A DNA stretch of 64,000 nucleotides from Candidatus Sumerlaeaceae bacterium. GTDB taxonomy: Bacteria > Sumerlaeota > Sumerlaeia > Sumerlaeales > Sumerlaeaceae. Made by a program: the position numbers and the translations under genes. The notes beneath the pieces are model-generated. The model was not told the DNA's origin and did not search any database. It saw nothing but the letters and a program-made list of their open reading frames with translations. The stretch spans positions 142,052 to 206,051 of the forward strand of contig JAOAAY010000001.1 of NCBI GenBank assembly GCA_026418615.1, in the 5' to 3' direction. Shown one piece after another: positions 58,836 through 64,000 of the stretch; positions within the stretch are counted from its first letter, which is position 1, and the number at the start of each line of letters is the position of its first letter.

Positions 58836-59621
58836 ATGATGGAAACTGACGGCCACGATGCGGCCAAAACCACTCGCTCAGAGGGCGATCGTTACGACCC
58901 GCTCCATTGGCCCGCGCTTGGGCAGGGTACGCCGGATTACTCGATTCCGGGCGATGTGATCCTCATGGAGGTGGGATCAGATGGCGTGGAGCGAATTCGT
59001 TTACGGACCCGCCGGCCCCGAGTGGAGTGGGTGCCGCGCAAACTGAGCGATCAGGACAGAGGCGACGGTCGGGCGCCCGTGACCATTCAGTATCGGGGCC
59101 GGTTCTACGAGGTGGTGGACAGGCAGGACAGGGGTCCGGTGACTGAATATTCGTTAGCCCCGTGGCCCGAAGGAGAAGTGTTGCGGCGGGTGGTGACGCT
59201 CAGCCGGCAGTCGGTTCTGGAGGAGATTCGTACGCAAGACGAGTTGCGCAAGTACCGACTCTGGGAGCGCTGGTTGCGAGTTCTATACCCTTTGATTGGT
59301 CTGCTGCCGGGCGAGGCACAGTCCACAATTGCCGGCCGCCTTCCCATAGATCTCTATCGCTGCATGACTTGGAGTTGCTGGGCTGAAGTAGCGCTTGGAG
59401 TCTATCTTCTGTTTTTTGGCGGTCTCCTTGGTACCCTCCAAGGCTTGACGGGAAATGACGGGTCTTTTTTGCCGCGAACAATTCTCCTCATTCCGGCCGA
59501 GGTCTGGGTCGGAGTGTCTCCCTATTTCGTGGTCGAAGGTCTCCTTCGGTGGCGCCATGCTCACCGAGGGGGCTTGTTTGGCTTTTTGCCCTTCGAGGTG
59601 CTTTGGAGACTCTTTCCGTGA
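58836..59621 (+). CDS. Hypothetical membrane protein
   Basis: 261-aa ORF with a soluble N-terminal part and C-terminal hydrophobic helices; AT-rich upstream region. Confidence 0.6.
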   Translation: MMETDGHDAAKTTRSEGDRYDPLHWPALGQGTPDYSIPGDVILMEVGSDGVERIRLRTRRPRVEWVPRKLSDQDRGDGRAPVTIQYRGRFYEVVDRQDRGPVTEYSLAPWPEGEVLRRVVTLSRQSVLEEIRTQDELRKYRLWERWLRVLYPLIGLLPGEAQSTIAGRLPIDLYRCMTWSCWAEVALGVYLLFFGGLLGTLQGLTGNDGSFLPRTILLIPAEVWVGVSPYFVVEGLLRWRHAHRGGLFGFLPFEVLWRLFP

Positions 59622-59752
59622 TGCTACGAGAGTTCTCCACAGGTCGCTGTGGAAAAATGATGGCTGCGCGGAAACAAGTTGACGGCTGTGTTCGACATGG
59701 CCAAGGCTACCAATGCTTTACCCAAAATGTGAAAGGAGAAGCGCCGCGAGTT

Positions 59753-60379
59753 ATGAAACTCTCTCAGGCCGTAATGCTCTCGTTGCTGTGCCTTAGCGTG
59801 GCCGGTTGCAGCGGTCTCAACCGATCCCGCGCTGTTGCTCCTGGTGCGCCTGCTGCCGCCGGGCCTGACGCGATGGCGGCTCCCCCGCCACGCACTCCCG
59901 CCTCGTCCACCATTTCTGTGGCTCCGGGCAACATGTACAATCTGGGACCCGCCCCTAACCGTTCCAAGACGGGACCCCAGAGTTCCGCCACGAAGAAAAA
60001 AACCTCCACGCCCGAGCGCGACACAGCGCAGGCTGCCGCGCGCAAGGAACCGAAGACTGAGCCGTCCTCGGCGCCTGCACAGCCGCTCGAGGTTTCGGCA
60101 ACCTCGGCTGGGAGTCAATCAGCCTCCAACGCGGCTGACTCGACTGTCCCGCAGCCGAGTGCCGCGTCGGCCTCCGGCGGTATGTCCTCCCCGGCTGGAG
60201 ATCCCTTAGCCGTGGATGATTTGCCCATGCCCGTCCGTCCGGGAGCCGCACCGCAGTCCTCTGCGCCGGCTCCCGCCGGCAAGGCCGCCACGGCACCCAA
60301 AAGTCAACGCGAAGTTGTGCCGGTAAGTGCTCCGCCGGCGACAACGGAAGAGAAACTCGACTCAAAATTCAGTTCGTGA
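59753..60379 (+). CDS. Low-complexity (Ala/Pro/Ser) lipoprotein
   Basis: MKLSQAVMLSLLCLSVAGC lipobox; AAGGAG upstream. Confidence 0.7.
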   Translation: MKLSQAVMLSLLCLSVAGCSGLNRSRAVAPGAPAAAGPDAMAAPPPRTPASSTISVAPGNMYNLGPAPNRSKTGPQSSATKKKTSTPERDTAQAAARKEPKTEPSSAPAQPLEVSATSAGSQSASNAADSTVPQPSAASASGGMSSPAGDPLAVDDLPMPVRPGAAPQSSAPAPAGKAATAPKSQREVVPVSAPPATTEEKLDSKFSS

Positions 60380-60431
60380 CCGGTAGGCCGGGCAACGACC
60401 GGTCTGCGAGGGTCTAATCGTGAGGTTAGGA

Positions 60432-60470
60432 GAAGCAAGGCCCCGCGGAATTCGTCCGCGGGGCCGCTTC
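60432..60470. terminator. Hairpin between convergent genes (likely terminator)
   Basis: GGCCCCGCGGA-ATTCG-TCCGCGGGGCC, extended by GAAGC/GCTTC. Confidence 0.65.
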
Positions 60471-60518
60471 ATTGTTGATGGGTAAGTGCCCACCCAGACT
60501 GACCGTCAGGCGTCAGGA

Positions 60519-61976
60519 TTAGCCGCCTTGGGCAGCGGAAAATCCCGGCACACCATCAAAGGCGCAAAGATTCTCGGTTTTGATAAAGTCAAAACCAGCG
60601 GCGGCAACCCGGCTCAACAAAGCGATGATATCGGTATGCCGCACTTCCGTCCCCTCCTTGGCCCCGACGAAACGGCAACGCCAGTGATCGGTACAAAAGG
60701 TCTCAGGCTGCCCCTTCGGCCAAACCTTCATGCCGCGATTGCTCAGCATCTGCAGTTGAAATTCCGGGCCGGCCAGCGGGCTGAGGGCAGCGCCAAGGTC
60801 ATCAGCCGTTCCTTTGTCCCAGTGCAAAAACACATCCACTCCAATGGTGGTCTTAGCCTGGACTGTGGAGGCGGCCTTCGCGGCCGAGATGTTGAGTCGC
60901 TGAGGCGGCGCTTGTTTGTAAGAGACGGCTTTCAGTTTTTCGGGGCGCTTGCCCAAACGGGCAATCACGGCCTCGGCAAATTCGCGCGTGCCCACGGGGG
61001 GGGTGGGATCGTCCGGGCGCCGGATGTCTTGCGTATGCACGCCGTCCTCGATGGTGCGAAGCCAAGCGTTGTGGCACAATTCGGCCACATCGGGCTGGCC
61101 AATGTGGACGAGCATCATCACAGCGCCAAGGAACAAACCCGACGGATTAGCCATGTTCTTCCCTGCGTACTTGGGGGCGGAGCCGTGAATGGCCTCAAAC
61201 ATGGCGCATTGATCCCCGATGTTGGCCGAGCCAGCGAGCCCGACAGATCCCGCAATCTGAGCAGCAACATCGGACAAAATGTCGCCGTAGAGGTTCGGCA
61301 TGACGATGACATCAAAGTTTTCCGGTGTGTCGGCCAGTTTGGCGGCCCCGATGTCCACGATCCAATGCTCGTTCTCAAGGTCGGGATACTCGGCCGCGAT
61401 TTCGTCGAAGACCTTGTGGAACAGGCCATCGGTCAGTTTCATAATGTTGTCTTTGGTGAAACAAGTCACCTTTTTGCGCCCGTGGAGGCGGGCGTATTCG
61501 AAGGCGTAACGGACAATTTTCTCACATCCCGGCCGCGTGATCAGTTTTAGACATTGGTAAACTTGCTGGGTCTGGCGGTGCTCGATACCCGCGTAAAGAT
61601 CCTCTTCGTTCTCGCGGATGATGACCAGGTCGAGGACCGGGTGCTTGGTGGGAACGAAGGGATGGTAAGACACGCACGGGCGGACATTGGCATAGAGGCC
61701 GAAAGCCTTGCGGGTGGTGACATTGAGGCTCTTAAAGCCTCCCCCCTGCGGCGTGGTGATCGGTGCCTTGAGGAACACCTTGGTGCGGCGGAGCGACTCG
61801 TAGGCGCTAGGCTCGATGCCGGCGGGATTGCCGCGAAGGTAAACCTTCTCGCCGATTTCGATCTCCTCGATTTCGATGCGCGCGCCTGCAGCCGACAAAA
61901 TAGCCAGTGTTGCGTCCATGATTTCGGGGCCGATGCCGTCCCCGCGCGCGACGGTGATGGGCGTCTTTTGCGTCAT
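60519..61976 (-). CDS. icd: Isocitrate dehydrogenase (NADP, form with C-terminal extension)
   Basis: GDGIGPEI, KSLNVT.RK, RENEED, KDNIMK, NLYGDILSD, FEAIHGSAP, SNRG.KVWP. Confidence 0.93.
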   Translation of the reverse strand: MTQKTPITVARGDGIGPEIMDATLAILSAAGARIEIEEIEIGEKVYLRGNPAGIEPSAYESLRRTKVFLKAPITTPQGGGFKSLNVTTRKAFGLYANVRPCVSYHPFVPTKHPVLDLVIIRENEEDLYAGIEHRQTQQVYQCLKLITRPGCEKIVRYAFEYARLHGRKKVTCFTKDNIMKLTDGLFHKVFDEIAAEYPDLENEHWIVDIGAAKLADTPENFDVIVMPNLYGDILSDVAAQIAGSVGLAGSANIGDQCAMFEAIHGSAPKYAGKNMANPSGLFLGAVMMLVHIGQPDVAELCHNAWLRTIEDGVHTQDIRRPDDPTPPVGTREFAEAVIARLGKRPEKLKAVSYKQAPPQRLNISAAKAASTVQAKTTIGVDVFLHWDKGTADDLGAALSPLAGPEFQLQMLSNRGMKVWPKGQPETFCTDHWRCRFVGAKEGTEVRHTDIIALLSRVAAAGFDFIKTENLCAFDGVPGFSAAQGG

Positions 61977-62263
61977 CGCGATCCAGATGTCTCCCGTTCT
62001 GAGGATTTGGCCGAAAGGCCGTGCGGTGCTCTGCAAAGCCTGTCAAACAGACACAGTCATAACACGCGGCTGGCAAGATATTGCGAGACGATGACAGCGG
62101 CTTTTTGATGTTGCATCAGCCATCGCCATGCCGTTGTTCGCAGACAGTCGTAAGCGCGCCGTCAAGCAGTCGGGACTAAATGCAAGGGGCGCGCTGTATC
62201 GCAAGGTTCGGGGCAGACGCTCTGCGTGCCCGCGCGCGGTCGCTGCCGTCGAAAGGTTAGGTC

Positions 62264-62848
62264 ATGGGACTGGGAACTATACTGTTTTACATCTTCTTGG
62301 TGATGTTCTTTCTGGTGTGTGTGCTGCTCGTTCTTGTCATTCTTGCTCAGGAGGGCAAGGGTGGCGGACTTTCGGGCCTCGCAGGAAGTTCAGCGTTGGG
62401 CGAGACTTTCGGATTCGGCGATGCCGGCAATGCCATGCGACGCTGGACTCGCAATACCGCGATCGTTTTCTTTGTGATGGCGATCATTCTCACATTTTGG
62501 GGTGAGCATCAGACGAGCGCAGTCACCAAGAAATTTCTTGCCGGCGGAGAAGCCCCGGCGACTCAAGCCCAGCCTTTGCAGCCGATTGCTCCGGAAAGCG
62601 CAGGGACGCCTACAGAGGGTGCGACCCCATCCGAGCCGGCACCCGGCGCTCCTGAACCGGCTGCAGTGACAGAACCATCTGTAACGCCCGAACCGGCAGC
62701 CACGCCGGAGTCAGCCCCTACGCCGGAGCCAGCGGCCACGCCGGAGCCAGCGGCCACGCCGGAACCCGGAGCCGCGGAAGCCGTAACGCCGCCCGCAGTA
62801 CCGCAAGCCCCAACCGGACAGGCACCCGAAACAACGACCACTCCGTAG
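62264..62848 (+). CDS. secG: Preprotein translocase subunit SecG with long Pro/Glu/Ala/Thr tail
   Basis: TM1-ILAQEGKGGGL-Gly loop-TM2 pattern. Confidence 0.85.
   Translation: MGLGTILFYIFLVMFFLVCVLLVLVILAQEGKGGGLSGLAGSSALGETFGFGDAGNAMRRWTRNTAIVFFVMAIILTFWGEHQTSAVTKKFLAGGEAPATQAQPLQPIAPESAGTPTEGATPSEPAPGAPEPAAVTEPSVTPEPAATPESAPTPEPAATPEPAATPEPGAAEAVTPPAVPQAPTGQAPETTTTP
62684..62767 (+). repeat. 18-bp coding tandem repeat (TPEPAA), about 4.5 units
   Basis: Units start at 62684, 62702, 62720, 62738 and 62756; two are identical (ACGCCGGAGCCAGCGGCC). Confidence 0.85.
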
Positions 62849-62992
62849 TCGTAAACGGTGCACACAGCGCCGCTGTCGCGGCTGCGGTGTTACGCAGGCC
62901 AGCATTCCGGGTCTGCCTGCACTAATGGAGCGTCAGAATCCGACGGTGGAAAGCGACGATGGGCGACGACTGCATCGGCCCCCGCACAACCG

Positions 62993-64000
62993 TTAACTGT
63001 GCCCCGATTCCCAGTCGAATGATAAGTAAGTCGGCTGCTGGAGTCCCCGCTCGTACTCGCCGAGAAATCTCATGCCCTCGTTGGGCTTCAGGATGTCGCC
63101 TTTGATGGCCTCGTCCACCTGAGCCTTCATGCGTCGGGTGAGATCCGTCACATGGTATTGGGTGAGTTCGAGGACCTGAGCGATGGAATGCCCCGGGATC
63201 GTCTCCTCGATGTAGTATCCAGACTCTTCATCTGGATCGAGAAAGACATGGGCCTCATTGACGCGGCCGAACAGATTGTGCAGGTCGCCCATGATGTCCT
63301 GATAGGCGCCCGTCAGGAACAAGCCAATGTAGTACGGCTCCCCCGGGCGCAGCGGATGGACCGGCAATGCCGCCCTCACATCGCGCAGGTCGGCAAACCG
63401 GCACACTTTGCCGTCGGAATCGCAGGTGATATCCGCCATCGTCCCCTGCACCGTGGGCGGCTCGTCAAGGCGATGGATGGGCATGATCGGAAAGACTTGT
63501 CCTAGCGCCCAGTGGTCGAGCAGTGATTGAAAGACGGAGAAATTGCACAGGTACTGATCCGCGAAATGGGGGGTCAGTTCGGCGATTTCCTCGGGCATTT
63601 CCTTGTCGCCGCCGGCTCCCTCGGCAACCCGGCGTCGGTAGATCTCGACGATCTCCTCGATGATGTGCCAATAAAAGGTTTCTATGCGCCCCTTGGTCGT
63701 CAGGTCCAGGATGCCCAGTTCAAAGGCGTTCTGCGAATCAGCCTTGATCTGCATGGTGTCGTGCAACGCCTCGAGGGGGTTGAGCGCGAGGCGCTCTTTG
63801 ATTTCGGCCAGTTGTTTGATCCATTTGTGATCGCCGGGCCGAACGGACAGGTCGTAGCGCTGCTTGGTTTTCTCGATGGTTCCGAAGGCCTCGACGACGA
63901 GGACCGAATGGTGCGCCACGATGGCCCGCCCGGACTCGCTGACGATGTCGGGATGGGGCACGCCTTCTTCGTCGCAAATATCCATGAGGTTGTAAACAAT
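62993..64000 (-). CDS. speA: Biosynthetic arginine decarboxylase, 3' part, truncated by the window edge
   Basis: ESGRAIVAHH, NFSVFQSL.D.W, DITCDSDG, GAYQDIMGDLHNLFG. Confidence 0.93.
   Translation of the reverse strand: MVYNLMDICDEEGVPHPDIVSESGRAIVAHHSVLVVEAFGTIEKTKQRYDLSVRPGDHKWIKQLAEIKERLALNPLEALHDTMQIKADSQNAFELGILDLTTKGRIETFYWHIIEEIVEIYRRRVAEGAGGDKEMPEEIAELTPHFADQYLCNFSVFQSLLDHWALGQVFPIMPIHRLDEPPTVQGTMADITCDSDGKVCRFADLRDVRAALPVHPLRPGEPYYIGLFLTGAYQDIMGDLHNLFGRVNEAHVFLDPDEESGYYIEETIPGHSIAQVLELTQYHVTDLTRRMKAQVDEAIKGDILKPNEGMRFLGEYERGLQQPTYLSFDWESGHS

Noticed and set aside
62071..62086. Sigma54-like TGGCAAGATATTGC (and a similar site at 11162)
   Set aside because: The GG-to-GC spacing is 9 nt (11 nt at the second site) rather than the required 10.
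1..64000. Genome-wide TAG reassignment (alternative genetic code)
   Set aside because: TAG ends ogt, cysK, the Crp regulator, the GT4, trpA and secG at expected lengths; only two internal TAGs were seen.

Overview
A GC-rich bacterial chromosomal window with about 60 CDSs and one tRNA-Glu(CTC). I found no rRNA, CRISPR array, transposase or integrase. Most of it is scattered housekeeping: cysC, pilB/gspE-like ATPase, rfbB, ogt, rplI, ilvC, punA, cysK, argS, hcpR-hcp, cstA, nadC, ddl, dnaJ, trpA, icd, secG and a partial speA, plus ABC transporters and two histidine kinases. The pilin-like motifs and short C-terminal tails on secreted proteins suggest Candidatus Sumerlaeota (BRC1); this is recalled pattern recognition, not a computed placement. 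The most interesting region is a minus-strand cluster at about 31.6-35.0 kb. It has a sigma70-like promoter with a poly-G(8) tract in its spacer (TTGACG-N14-TAAAGT). Downstream are a frameshifted 10-Cys secreted miniprotein, a membrane-anchored exported protein with an internal amber codon, an L,D-transpeptidase-like protein and a type IV pilin/GspG-like protein. Together these look like a phase-variable surface or effector module, currently in an OFF or decaying state. Other leads are a structured sRNA candidate with an anti-SD-like loop (11.8-11.9 kb), two possible C-terminal sorting tails, and an in-frame amber codon splitting an FHA-FHA-TM protein.
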